From: Planctomycetota bacterium
GTDB taxonomy: Bacteria > Planctomycetota > UBA11346
Assembly: GCA_038231435.1 (NCBI GenBank)
Contig: JBBRLJ010000001.1
Span: 128,001 to 192,000 of the forward strand
DNA: 64,000 nt
Direction of reading: 5' to 3'
The position numbers were made by a program, and so were the translations under genes. The notes under the pieces are model-generated. The model did no database searches. It was not told where the DNA came from and saw only the letters and a list, made by a program, of their open reading frames with translations. Shown here one piece after another: positions 9,804 to 18,969 of the stretch (position 1 is its first letter; each line of letters begins with the position of its first letter).

Positions 9804-10166
9804 TCAGCTCAACGACGATGACGGAGGCCCGCGCGCGGGCGGTTGACGAGAGAGCCCAGGAGCCCACCCCCAACCGATCGGTGGTGCGTTCAGGGTGACG
9901 GGGATGGAAGGAGGCGCGATGACCGAGGGAGCCAGCGGCTCAATGGCCTGGCCCGGCGCAGAGGACAGCAGCTGGCAGATCGCGCACGTCGTGTCGTCAT
10001 GGTCGCTAGCGATCGACGCCAGGGTGACGGTCGATGCGCGCGCACCGGTCTGCTGCGCGTGATGTTGCGCCTCGTGCACCAGGCGCAGGACGGGGACGCC
10101 GAGGCTGGCGATGAGCGCCAGTGCGACGAGCAGATTCCCCACCAACGTGCGTCCGACCAATGCCAT
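9804..10166 (-). CDS. DUF2946-like leader protein (CxxC; C-terminal RGPP arrest motif)
   Basis: Hydrophobic N-terminus, His cluster, HDDTTCAICQ, Pro-rich linker, PPARGPP five residues before the stop; first gene of the metal-uptake operon. Confidence 0.75.
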   Translation of the reverse strand: MALVGRTLVGNLLVALALIASLGVPVLRLVHEAQHHAQQTGARASTVTLASIASDHDDTTCAICQLLSSAPGQAIEPLAPSVIAPPSIPVTLNAPPIGWGWAPGLSRQPPARGPPSSSLS

Positions 10167-10294
10167 CGACGCAGGTCTAACTGTGCCTTACACGAATGCA
10201 AAGACGAGGACGGCTGTCGCATTGCGCAAGAGCGCAACGATCGACGCCATCGACCGGTACCGAGGTACTCCACGGTGACGGTGATGGCGCCGGA

Positions 10295-13249
10295 TCACCA
10301 GTAGATGAAACGCTCGAAATCGCTGCGTCCGGGATCCGGTAGCGCCGAGACGTCGAGCACCACGTAGCGGTTCTCCTCGACGTCGAGCAGGACCTTGCCC
10401 TTGGCGCCGTAATCCTGGGCGGTGTCGTACGACCACTTCATGATGAACTCGCGCTCGCCGAGATCGGTCTGGACCTTGAGCATCAGGTAGTCGTGCTCGA
10501 CGCGGATCGAGTCAATGGCTGTCACGGTGTGGATCAGATAGCGGCGCTGCAGCGATTCGCGGATCAGCTTCTGGGCGGCCTCGGGCCACTCGGAGAGGTC
10601 GCGGATCAGGCCGATCTCCTGCTCGCGGTTGTCCTCGATGACCCAACGCAGGCTGATGTATTTGTCCGGGTGGCGCACCGGCATGCAGCGCAGGGTGAAC
10701 ACGCCGTCGTAGGTGCGGTCGTTGGCGACGGTGACGTGCAGGGTCTGGCGCTCGTCGAGCGTGATGGTGGTGAACTCGGGCTTCAGCCAGCGTGGCCGGT
10801 GGCCGGTGACCGGCCCCAGCCCGGTGGTGGCATCGACCCCCTCCTTGGAGGCCGAGGATCCCGCGCCACCGCGCGTCTGCTTCTCCTGCTCGACCAGCGT
10901 ATCGATGCTGCCTTCGTCGGCGGCGCCTTGGATGCGCACCAGCTTGGCGTAGCGGCCGTCCAGTTTCATCAGTTCGGCGTGCGCACCCTGCTCGACGATA
11001 CGGCCGTCGTCGACCACCATGATGCTGTCGCAGTTGCGTAGCGTGCTCAGGCGATGTGCGATGATGATGCTGGTGCGGCCCTTCACCAGTTCGCCGAGCG
11101 CGGTCTGGATCGCCAGCTCGGACTCGCTGTCGACCGATGACGTCGCCTCATCGAGGATCAGGATGCGCGGCTCGCACAACAGCGCCCTGGCGATCGATAG
11201 CCGCTGGCGCTCGCCACCCGACAAGCCCGCGCCGCGTTCGCCGACCCAGGTGTCGTAGGCCTGCATCTGGCGCATGATGAAGTCATGGGAATTGCCGGCG
11301 CGGCTCGCGGCGATGACGTCCTCGATCGAGGCGTCCGAGCGGCCGTACGCGAGGTTGTCCCAGAGCGTGCCGCGGAACAGGAACGGCTCCTGAAGCACCA
11401 CGCCGATGTTGCGGCGCAGGTCGTTCTTGCTCATCTGCCGAACCTCGATGCCGTCGATCAGCACCTGGCCCTCGTCCACGTCGTAGAAGCGCGAGATCAG
11501 ATTGATGACCGTCGACTTGCCCGAGCCGCTGCGCCCCACCACGCCGATCATCTGCCCCGGCTGAATGTGGAAGTCGACATTCTTGAGGATCGGCGACTGC
11601 CGGCTGTAGCCGAAGGTCACGCCCTTGAACTCGATCTCGCCGCGCATCTTCGGCAGCGCCTGCGGCTGGGTGGCCTCGGGGATGGCGATCGGAGTATCGA
11701 GCACCTCGAAGATGCGATGCATCTGCGTGCTGAATTGGGTCAGCCACGAGGTCAGATTGGTGAGCCCCGATAGCGGCCCGTAGAATAGCCCAAGATAGCT
11801 GAAGAAGGCGATCAGGGTGCCGAGGCTGATGCCCGCGGCGTTGTCGGCGCCGACGCCCTGGCCGATCGAGACGTTGTTCTCGAGCACCTTCTGTCCGCCC
11901 ACGTACCAGACGATCCACCCGCCGACACCGAAGATCAGGCCCATCAACGGGTAGAAGGTCGCGGCCGAGGCGTCGACGCGCAGGCGGGCGTCGCGCAGGG
12001 TCTCGGACGAGGCGGTGAAGCGCTTGAGCTCACGGTCCTCCTGGGCGAAGGATTTCACCACGCGGATGCCGCTGAGCAGACCGTTGAGCATGCCGGCCTG
12101 GCGCGACGAACGCTCCCAGAAGCGCTGGTAATGCGGGTAGACGAAGCGGTAGAAGATGAAGGTGCCCGCGATCACGAACGGCGCCGGGATCAGCGCCCAC
12201 AGCGCCAGGTGCGGCTCCAGGCTGTACATCGAGATGGCGGCGAGGATCACCATCAGGATCTGCATCAGGAAGCCGGCGGTGAGCTGGCCCATGAAGCCCT
12301 GAACCGCTTCGGTGTCGTAGGCGACTCGACCGACCAGCGACCCCACCGACTGCTTGTCGTAGTAGCTCAGGCTCAGCTGCTCGAGATGGCCGACCAGCTT
12401 GGTGCGGATGTCGAAGGAGATCGAGGTGCCGACCCGGCTGGCGATGCGGCCGTTGGCTACCGTGGCGATCGCGCGCAGGATCTGCGCCAGCGCGTACGCG
12501 CCGACCACCAGCAGCAGCAGGTGCGTGGGCTGCGTGACGTGCTCGAGGAAAGCGAACGGCTGGGACTTGCCCGCTGATTTCGGATCGAGGACGTGATCGA
12601 TGAGGTACTGGATCAGCCGAGGCGCGATCATGTCGAGAGCGACGGCGATGATCAGCAGCGCCATCATCGCGAAGGCCGCAGGCCAATAGGGCCTCATCAG
12701 CTGCATGACCCGCGAGAGGGCGGCGCCGTGCTTCACCGCGAATGGCGACAGCTGGCCTGGATACTCGAGGATGATGCCCGAGACCGCGCAGCGGCGCGGG
12801 TCGACGTCGTCCTCGGGCGAGAATTCGATTGGCTTCCCCTGGCGCAGCTGGTCGAGGCGCTTCCCGGCGCGCCCGAAATGGTATTTCGCGCGGTTGCTGT
12901 AGCGCGCGATGTCGAGCCAGATGCCGCCGACCTTGGCCTGGAGCAGCCCCGATCCGTAGACCGCGACGGTGCGGAATTCCTGGGTCTCGGCGAATGCGAG
13001 CACCAGCAGCGGTTTCGCCGGCGCGGTCTCGTCCAAGACCCATACCGTCGACGCGCTCGCGACCACCCACTGCCTGACGTAGAGGCCGGTGAGGTTGATG
13101 TCGGTGGCGATCGAGATCGCCACGTCGCGCGGATCGCCGCCCGCCTGGCGAAGGCCATCGGCGATGGCCGGAGGCAGGTCTTCCTTGAGCTTCATGGCGG
13201 GCTGCGGTCCTACGGGAGGGCGTATGAGGAAGGGCGAGGTCTGGAACAT
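10295..13249 (-). CDS. ABC exporter (TMD+NBD) with N-terminal extension and C-terminal DUF1854-like domain
   Basis: GRSGSGKST, LSGGERQR, ILDEATSS; C-terminal RCMPVRHPDKYISL...EIGLI...VQTDLG...DVEENRY resembles DUF1854; GGAG upstream. Confidence 0.85.
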   Translation of the reverse strand: MFQTSPFLIRPPVGPQPAMKLKEDLPPAIADGLRQAGGDPRDVAISIATDINLTGLYVRQWVVASASTVWVLDETAPAKPLLVLAFAETQEFRTVAVYGSGLLQAKVGGIWLDIARYSNRAKYHFGRAGKRLDQLRQGKPIEFSPEDDVDPRRCAVSGIILEYPGQLSPFAVKHGAALSRVMQLMRPYWPAAFAMMALLIIAVALDMIAPRLIQYLIDHVLDPKSAGKSQPFAFLEHVTQPTHLLLLVVGAYALAQILRAIATVANGRIASRVGTSISFDIRTKLVGHLEQLSLSYYDKQSVGSLVGRVAYDTEAVQGFMGQLTAGFLMQILMVILAAISMYSLEPHLALWALIPAPFVIAGTFIFYRFVYPHYQRFWERSSRQAGMLNGLLSGIRVVKSFAQEDRELKRFTASSETLRDARLRVDASAATFYPLMGLIFGVGGWIVWYVGGQKVLENNVSIGQGVGADNAAGISLGTLIAFFSYLGLFYGPLSGLTNLTSWLTQFSTQMHRIFEVLDTPIAIPEATQPQALPKMRGEIEFKGVTFGYSRQSPILKNVDFHIQPGQMIGVVGRSGSGKSTVINLISRFYDVDEGQVLIDGIEVRQMSKNDLRRNIGVVLQEPFLFRGTLWDNLAYGRSDASIEDVIAASRAGNSHDFIMRQMQAYDTWVGERGAGLSGGERQRLSIARALLCEPRILILDEATSSVDSESELAIQTALGELVKGRTSIIIAHRLSTLRNCDSIMVVDDGRIVEQGAHAELMKLDGRYAKLVRIQGAADEGSIDTLVEQEKQTRGGAGSSASKEGVDATTGLGPVTGHRPRWLKPEFTTITLDERQTLHVTVANDRTYDGVFTLRCMPVRHPDKYISLRWVIEDNREQEIGLIRDLSEWPEAAQKLIRESLQRRYLIHTVTAIDSIRVEHDYLMLKVQTDLGEREFIMKWSYDTAQDYGAKGKVLLDVEENRYVVLDVSALPDPGRSDFERFIYW

Positions 13250-13298
13250 GGCGGATCTCCAGCGGGTTGATGGCGTGGCGGCGACGTCACCGCCAGCA

Positions 13299-14126
13299 TC
13301 AACCCACCGACCTCACCTCGGGACGGTCCCACACGCCCGGCCCGCTGGCGATCGCGCGCTGTCGCGGCGTCAGATCCGCGCCGTCGCCCACTACCCGCGG
13401 CGAGCTCCCCCACTGCATGTAGGCCGGCGCGAACTTCAGCAGCGCCGCGCGGCGCTCGTGCGTTGCGCAAGTCCAGGGCATGGTGCCGTGCGACAGCGCC
13501 TCGGTGAACACCACCACGTCGCCGGCGCGCATGGGCACGTGTTCCAGCAGCGGATTATCCAGCACGCCGTACCACTGGGGCGGCAGCGGATACAGCGTCT
13601 TGTGCGTGCCGGGAACACAGCAGAAGCCTCCGGCTCCCGCCGGCACATCGCACAGGGCGTAGCTCACCACCACCAGTCCGTTGTGCATGCGCGCGCCGTG
13701 GGTCGTGTAAAAGCAGCCGTGATCGAACATCGCGGCGTTGTGGTGGAGCCCTTCACCGCCGCGCTGGCCATCGGCGCTCATCGCCATGCCGTAGGCGTGG
13801 TCGAGCCGGAACTTCTCGCCGATGATGCTGCGCAAGATCGGCAGGATGCGTGGGTGGTCGATGAGCCCGGCCCAGTCCTGACCCCACTCTAGGAATCCAG
13901 AGAAGCGCGACTTGAACGGATCGTTCGCCGCGTTCATGATGCCTTTGACGTCCATCTCGGCGCGCATGCGCTGGACACGCGAGGGTTCGAGCACGCCCCG
14001 AATGACGATGAAGCCACGGAGGTCGAAGAGGAACTTCTCCTCGGTGCTCATCTCACCGGGATAATCGGGCTCTTGGCGTTTGACGTCGTCGGTCGAGGTT
14101 CCGACCGCGGGAATCGTGGACTGCAT
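13299..14126 (-). CDS. Phytanoyl-CoA dioxygenase (PhyH) family Fe(II)/2OG enzyme
   Basis: FDLRGFIVIRGVL, GGFCCVPGTHK, AGDVVVFTEALSHGT, RRAALLK; AAGGAG upstream of ATG 14126. Confidence 0.85.
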   Translation of the reverse strand: MQSTIPAVGTSTDDVKRQEPDYPGEMSTEEKFLFDLRGFIVIRGVLEPSRVQRMRAEMDVKGIMNAANDPFKSRFSGFLEWGQDWAGLIDHPRILPILRSIIGEKFRLDHAYGMAMSADGQRGGEGLHHNAAMFDHGCFYTTHGARMHNGLVVVSYALCDVPAGAGGFCCVPGTHKTLYPLPPQWYGVLDNPLLEHVPMRAGDVVVFTEALSHGTMPWTCATHERRAALLKFAPAYMQWGSSPRVVGDGADLTPRQRAIASGPGVWDRPEVRSVG

Positions 14127-14606
14127 GCATGCTCCTTGCCGCGAATGCGGCATGGACGACGGAGCGTTGGAGCTCCGCCGAATGGTAGTGGAGGTGGGAG
14201 CCGCGTGGCGCGGCGATGATTCATTGGAGGCGAGCGCGAGGCGCTCATCCATTGCCCACGGAAGACCGCTGAAGGCCGCCGCGGGGCGCAGAGGATCGCT
14301 ACGGGCCCGGTAAGTCCCGCGAAGCGCGACCTGCCCGGCGCTAGGCCAGGACGGGACCCGGACCGAACAGACCGACAGCGCCGGCGTGATGCTGGCAGCT
14401 CGGGAACGTCGGCAGCGGAAGGAACTCGCGCGTGGTCATTGCGTCACCTGTGGGTGGAGACGCCCATTCGAATACCGAGCGGCCAGTCGGCGTCAAGCCA
14501 CCCGCGACATGCGAATACCGCGCCGAAACGGGAATATGACATCGCAAGACCTTGCCGCACAGCCGCCGCGGCATGGGCGCCATGCCGCGGCAGGTGCCGC
14601 GAGCAT

Positions 14607-15776
14607 TCAGGGTTGACGCTCGAAATACGCCACCAGGGCCGGGTCCAGGCGAGGGATGTCCAACGGGATGCCGCCGGCTCGCAACGATTGGGTCGCCATG
14701 CATCCGGCGGCCACGCTCTGCCGCGCCGCCACGGGCGAGGTCATGGTGGCGCCGCCATCGCGCGCGAAGCGCACGAACTCGGCGACGATGCGCGGATCCG
14801 CGCCGCCGTGCGCCTCGGCGCCGCCCGCGACGATCGGGAATTCGGCATCGCCTTGCGGCTTGTACGCGCCCCGCTTATTCCAGACCCTGACCACGCAGTC
14901 GCCTGGGCAATCACCGAAGTTCTCGACCCGACCGGCGGTACCGATCACGGTGTAGTTGCGCCACGCGTCCGGGGTGAAATGGCATTGCACGTACGAACAG
15001 AAGACGCCGTTGTCGAGCTGCATCTGCATCATGCTCTGGTCCTCGACGTCCATCACCGGATTCATCCCCTTCTGCGAGAGCGGCGGCCAATTGGCATCGC
15101 TCCACGAGGCGATGCCGCGCTGCGACGGGGCATGGCGATCCGCGATCCCCCCGTACACCGTCAACCCGCCCAGCGCGTTGACACGGCTGCTGTAGCCGCC
15201 GCACAGCCAATGCAGGACATCGATGTCGTGCGCCGCCTTCTGCAGCAGCAGGCTCGTCGACTTGCGACGATCCGCGTGCCAATCCTTGAAGTACGCGTCA
15301 CCGCCGTACGAGATGAAGTGCCGGCACCAGCCGGCCTTGACCTCGCCGATCGCGCCGCTGTCGATGATCTCCTTCATCTTCTGCACGAAGCTCATGTGGC
15401 GCATGTTGTGGCCGAGGAACAGCCGCGCCTTGTGCTTGCGCGCCGTCTCCAGGATGCGATCGCAGCCGTCGACGGTGATCGCCATGGGCTTCTCGAGATA
15501 GACGGCCTTGCCCGCCTCGAGCGCCGCGACCGCGTGTTCCTCATGGCAGAAATCTGGGGTGGTGACGAAGACCGCGTCGACGTCGCGGCGCGCCAGCAAT
15601 TCGCGATAGTCGCTGGTCGTGAAGACCTCGCCATGGGTCGTGCGGAAGTGGGCGAGGGCGCCCGGGTCGAGATCCGCACCGGCGACGATCCGCCCTCCGG
15701 CGGCGACCGCGTGGGCGGCGATGCCGCCCCTGCCGCCAACTCCGATGACGCCGATCGCCAGATTTCTGGTGGCCAT
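14607..15776 (-). CDS. Gfo/Idh/MocA family oxidoreductase
   Basis: GVIGVGGRG, TPDFCH, LEKPMA, HDIDVLHW; AAGGAG upstream of ATG 15776. Confidence 0.92.
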   Translation of the reverse strand: MATRNLAIGVIGVGGRGGIAAHAVAAGGRIVAGADLDPGALAHFRTTHGEVFTTSDYRELLARRDVDAVFVTTPDFCHEEHAVAALEAGKAVYLEKPMAITVDGCDRILETARKHKARLFLGHNMRHMSFVQKMKEIIDSGAIGEVKAGWCRHFISYGGDAYFKDWHADRRKSTSLLLQKAAHDIDVLHWLCGGYSSRVNALGGLTVYGGIADRHAPSQRGIASWSDANWPPLSQKGMNPVMDVEDQSMMQMQLDNGVFCSYVQCHFTPDAWRNYTVIGTAGRVENFGDCPGDCVVRVWNKRGAYKPQGDAEFPIVAGGAEAHGGADPRIVAEFVRFARDGGATMTSPVAARQSVAAGCMATQSLRAGGIPLDIPRLDPALVAYFERQP

Positions 15777-16042
15777 GGTCGACTCCTTATCCCCCAGCAT
15801 CCCGCGGCGAGCACAGCCGGGCAAGGGCGACGCTCCGCGGCCGACCATGGATGCCGCCGCAGCGGGCCACGCTCCCTTGGTCGATTTGGAGCCGGGGGTA
15901 CCGGCCCGCATGTCGATAAGACCTCGCCTGTGAAACCATGAAATCATACACGAGCTTGCTGGGCGAGCTGTAAATGCCGCGCTGTGTAAGGTTTCCGGCA
16001 GATACCGTTGCGTTCACCGGCCTTCGCGGCGACTCTGACTCC

Positions 16043-16486
16043 ATGCCCGGGCTGCGCATCCTGCACGTCGACGACAATCCGGGCGACGCCAATCTCCTGT
16101 CGGAAGCGGTGTCCGAGGCAGGGGTGTCCGCGACCATCGAGACCGCGCCGAACGGCGTGCGCGCCATCGAGTATCTGCACCAATGCGCCTCCCACCCGGG
16201 ACACGCGCTTCCCGATCTGATCCTGCTCGACCTGAACATGCCGGTGATGAACGGCCTGACTTTGCTGCGCATCATCAGCAGGCACGACGACTGGCGGCGG
16301 GTTCCGGTGGCGGTTCTCAGCAGTTCGCAGCTGAACGCCGAGCAGGAGGAGGCCTTCGCGCTCGGCGCTATCGCTTATCTGATCAAGCCGCACGACTTCG
16401 TCGGCTATCTCACGCTCGCGCGCCAGTTGCCGCATTTTCCGAAGTTGGAAGGTTCCGTCCGCGCCGCGGCCGCCGTGGCGCGCTGA
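16043..16486 (+). CDS. Single-domain response regulator (Rcp1/CheY-like)
   Basis: HVDDNPGD, LLDLNMPVMNG, LSSS, YLIKP. Confidence 0.88.
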   Translation: MPGLRILHVDDNPGDANLLSEAVSEAGVSATIETAPNGVRAIEYLHQCASHPGHALPDLILLDLNMPVMNGLTLLRIISRHDDWRRVPVAVLSSSQLNAEQEEAFALGAIAYLIKPHDFVGYLTLARQLPHFPKLEGSVRAAAAVAR

Positions 16487-16600
16487 TCGCACCTATTCAC
16501 GGGTCAACTCACGGGTCAACGTCTCGGCGCCAATCCCGTAGTCATCGACCCCCTCCACGTCGGACGTCCAGCTGATATGACCTCCGGCCTCGGAGGCTCC

Positions 16601-18352
16601 ATGCCGTTACCCAGACCACCTCGATCAATCGTGCGCGCTCTCTGCATACTGCTGTCGTCCAGTGCGCTGGGCACGCTCTCGCTCCATGCCGAGGACGAGT
16701 CGATCAGCGTCCAATCGGAGATCGACCTCGCCGCCACGGGCGCGCCGATCAGCCGCTTCATCTACGGCACCGCGCAGACCGAGATCGCGAACGCCAAGCT
16801 GATGGGCCTGACCACCCGCCGACTGGGCGGGAACACCGTCAGCTCGTGGAACTGGAGGAAGGGCTTCTGGTCGAGCGGGGCTGACTGGTACTTCGTCAAC
16901 AACCCCAAGGACGAGAGCAAGGCCAAGGGCGGCAAGGACAACTGGTGGGCCGAATTCCAACGTGCCAACCGCGACGCGGCGCTCGAAGGCTACTTCACCA
17001 TCCCGATGATGGGCCGGGTCGCCAAGGACGGCACCTCGTCCGGCTTCGACATCGGCAAGTATCCCGGCCAGCAATCGTGGGAGTCGAAGGATCATCCCGG
17101 CGACCTGCATCCGAACGCCGGCAATGGCAAGCGCGTGGTGCGCGGTGCCGACGGCAAGGAGAAGACCGAGGAGCTGACGCCGGACCCCGACGACACCTCG
17201 GTCGCGATCACCCCCGACGAGCAGTGCGCCCTGCTAGAATACATGATCAAGGACCTCGGCTTCGGCACCGCCGAGCACGGAGGCGTGAAGTATATCGTGC
17301 TCGACAACGAGCCGGCGCTGTGGAACGGCACGCATCGCGCCATGCATCCCGCCGGCTGCTCGTACGACGAGCTGTGGGAGAAGACCAAGACATTCGCGAC
17401 CACGCTCAAGCGCATCGACCCGGGCGTCAAGATCGCGGGACCCGCGATGTGGGGCTGGACGGAATACTTCTGCTCCGGCCTGGATTCGCAGCTGATCGGC
17501 CAGGGCAAAGGCTCATGGGACGCGCCGCCCGACGCGAAGGCGCACGGCGGCATGCCCTTGACCAAATGGTACCTGACCCAGCTCGCCAAGGAGGAGAAGG
17601 CCTCCGGCAAACGCTTGGTCGACATCCTCGACTGGCATTTCTACCCGCAGGCCAAGACCGGCGGCAAGCCCCACGATACGCAGGGCATGGAGGACCGCGT
17701 CCAGGAGACTCGCGTGATGTGGGATCCCACCTTCAAGGACAGCTCGTGGATGGGCGCGCAGACCGGCAAGGTGCTGCGCATCATCCCGCTGATGAAGGAG
17801 TGGATCGCCGAGTGTTACCCGGGCACCAAGACGGCGATCGGCGAGTACGATTTCGGCGGCGGCCAGGACGCATCCGGCGGCGTCGCCCAGGCCGAGCTGC
17901 TGGGCGTCTTCGCGCGCGAGGGCCTCGACTTCGGCTATTACTGGTTCGCGCCAGACGCGAAGTCGTCCATCCACCTCGGATTCTGCCTGTATCGCAATCC
18001 AGATGGTGATCCCGCCGGCGCCCCGGCGGACAGCGCGGCGAAGCCCGGACGGCCGGTGGGTGATCAGTACCTGCCGTCGACGTGCAGCGCGCCCGAGGAC
18101 GTCTCGGTCCATGCCATCAAGGATGGCGCGAGCGGAAAGGTCAGCCTGATCCTCATCAACAAGCGCGGACGCAAGCCCGCGCATCTGATCATTTCGCTGA
18201 AACAGCCGCTCCCGAAGCAGCAGGCCCATGCTTGGCGTCTGGACGACGTGGATGCGAAGGCGCTGAAGCCGTCCGAGCTCGCGCTCGGGGGCGAGCGGCT
18301 GGAATTCGACCTGCCGCCCATCTCGGCCACCAGGGTCGACCTCGCGCCCTGA
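16601..18352 (+). CDS. Secreted glycoside hydrolase family 44 (endoglucanase/xyloglucanase-like)
   Basis: RLGGN..SSWNW, LDNEPALWNGTHR, DWHFYPQ, IGEYDFGG; signal peptide; GGAGG before ATG 16601. Confidence 0.85.
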   Translation: MPLPRPPRSIVRALCILLSSSALGTLSLHAEDESISVQSEIDLAATGAPISRFIYGTAQTEIANAKLMGLTTRRLGGNTVSSWNWRKGFWSSGADWYFVNNPKDESKAKGGKDNWWAEFQRANRDAALEGYFTIPMMGRVAKDGTSSGFDIGKYPGQQSWESKDHPGDLHPNAGNGKRVVRGADGKEKTEELTPDPDDTSVAITPDEQCALLEYMIKDLGFGTAEHGGVKYIVLDNEPALWNGTHRAMHPAGCSYDELWEKTKTFATTLKRIDPGVKIAGPAMWGWTEYFCSGLDSQLIGQGKGSWDAPPDAKAHGGMPLTKWYLTQLAKEEKASGKRLVDILDWHFYPQAKTGGKPHDTQGMEDRVQETRVMWDPTFKDSSWMGAQTGKVLRIIPLMKEWIAECYPGTKTAIGEYDFGGGQDASGGVAQAELLGVFAREGLDFGYYWFAPDAKSSIHLGFCLYRNPDGDPAGAPADSAAKPGRPVGDQYLPSTCSAPEDVSVHAIKDGASGKVSLILINKRGRKPAHLIISLKQPLPKQQAHAWRLDDVDAKALKPSELALGGERLEFDLPPISATRVDLAP

Positions 18353-18434
18353 CTCCCCTCCGGGCTTCCTGGTCCGGCGCGCTGCAACACGTGGTTTTTC
18401 TCTCCGCCGCGTATGCTGTCGGTCGAGGACACCC

Positions 18435-18782
18435 ATGGCCATCGACGAGAAGATCCTGGCCCTGCTCGAGCGCAGGGGCTATCAGGTCACCGACGCGGTA
18501 CGCGAGGCGCTCGACGAGTTCATCGCCGCCGCAGAGGACGCCAGCGTCCGCATCGATGTGAACGATGTCGACGAAGACGAACCGGGCGGCGACGACGACG
18601 ACCTCGCCACCACCAAGCAGATCGCCTGCCCGCACTGCGGCGAGGACATCGCCATTAGCATCGATCTCAGCGGCGAGGACCAGGATACTGTCCAGGACTG
18701 CCAGGTGTGCTGCAGCCCGATCCGGGTCACGTACACGGTGGTCGACGGTCGGATGGGCGCGTTCTCGGCTGAGGCGAGCTGA
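18435..18782 (+). CDS. CPXCG-motif cysteine-rich protein with acidic N-terminal extension
   Basis: CPHCGE...QDCQVCCSPI; GAGG upstream. Confidence 0.85.
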   Translation: MAIDEKILALLERRGYQVTDAVREALDEFIAAAEDASVRIDVNDVDEDEPGGDDDDLATTKQIACPHCGEDIAISIDLSGEDQDTVQDCQVCCSPIRVTYTVVDGRMGAFSAEAS

Positions 18783-18789
18783 TTCATTT

Positions 18790-18946
18790 CAGGGGCTTCG
18801 CCCCTACGGGCCTGCGGCCCTACCCCTCGGGCTTTGTCGGGGCTCGATGTCGCCGGAGGCCAGCGAAATCGTGGGCGGATGGGCGGCGCGCCCATTGTAT
18901 CCGCCCACCGCCACTCGGCGCCCGCCCCGTTGCGGAGCAACGGGGC
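18790..18946. repeat. Cluster of GC-rich hairpins between convergent genes (terminator/REP-like)
   Basis: AGGGGC-ttc-GCCCCT; GGGCC-tgc-GGCCC; GTGGGCGGAT (18871-18880) with ATCCGCCCAC (18899-18908); GCCCCGTTGC-gga-GCAACGGGGC (18924-18946). Confidence 0.55.
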
Positions 18947-18969
18947 CCCCGAAGAGATTGTTCACAGTG

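Noticed and set aside
16497..16520. 12-bp direct repeat TCACGGGTCAAC x2 (similar 12-bp duplications at 47356-47389)
   Set aside because: Only 2-3 adjacent copies with unrelated units and no spacers; most likely slippage duplications, not CRISPR
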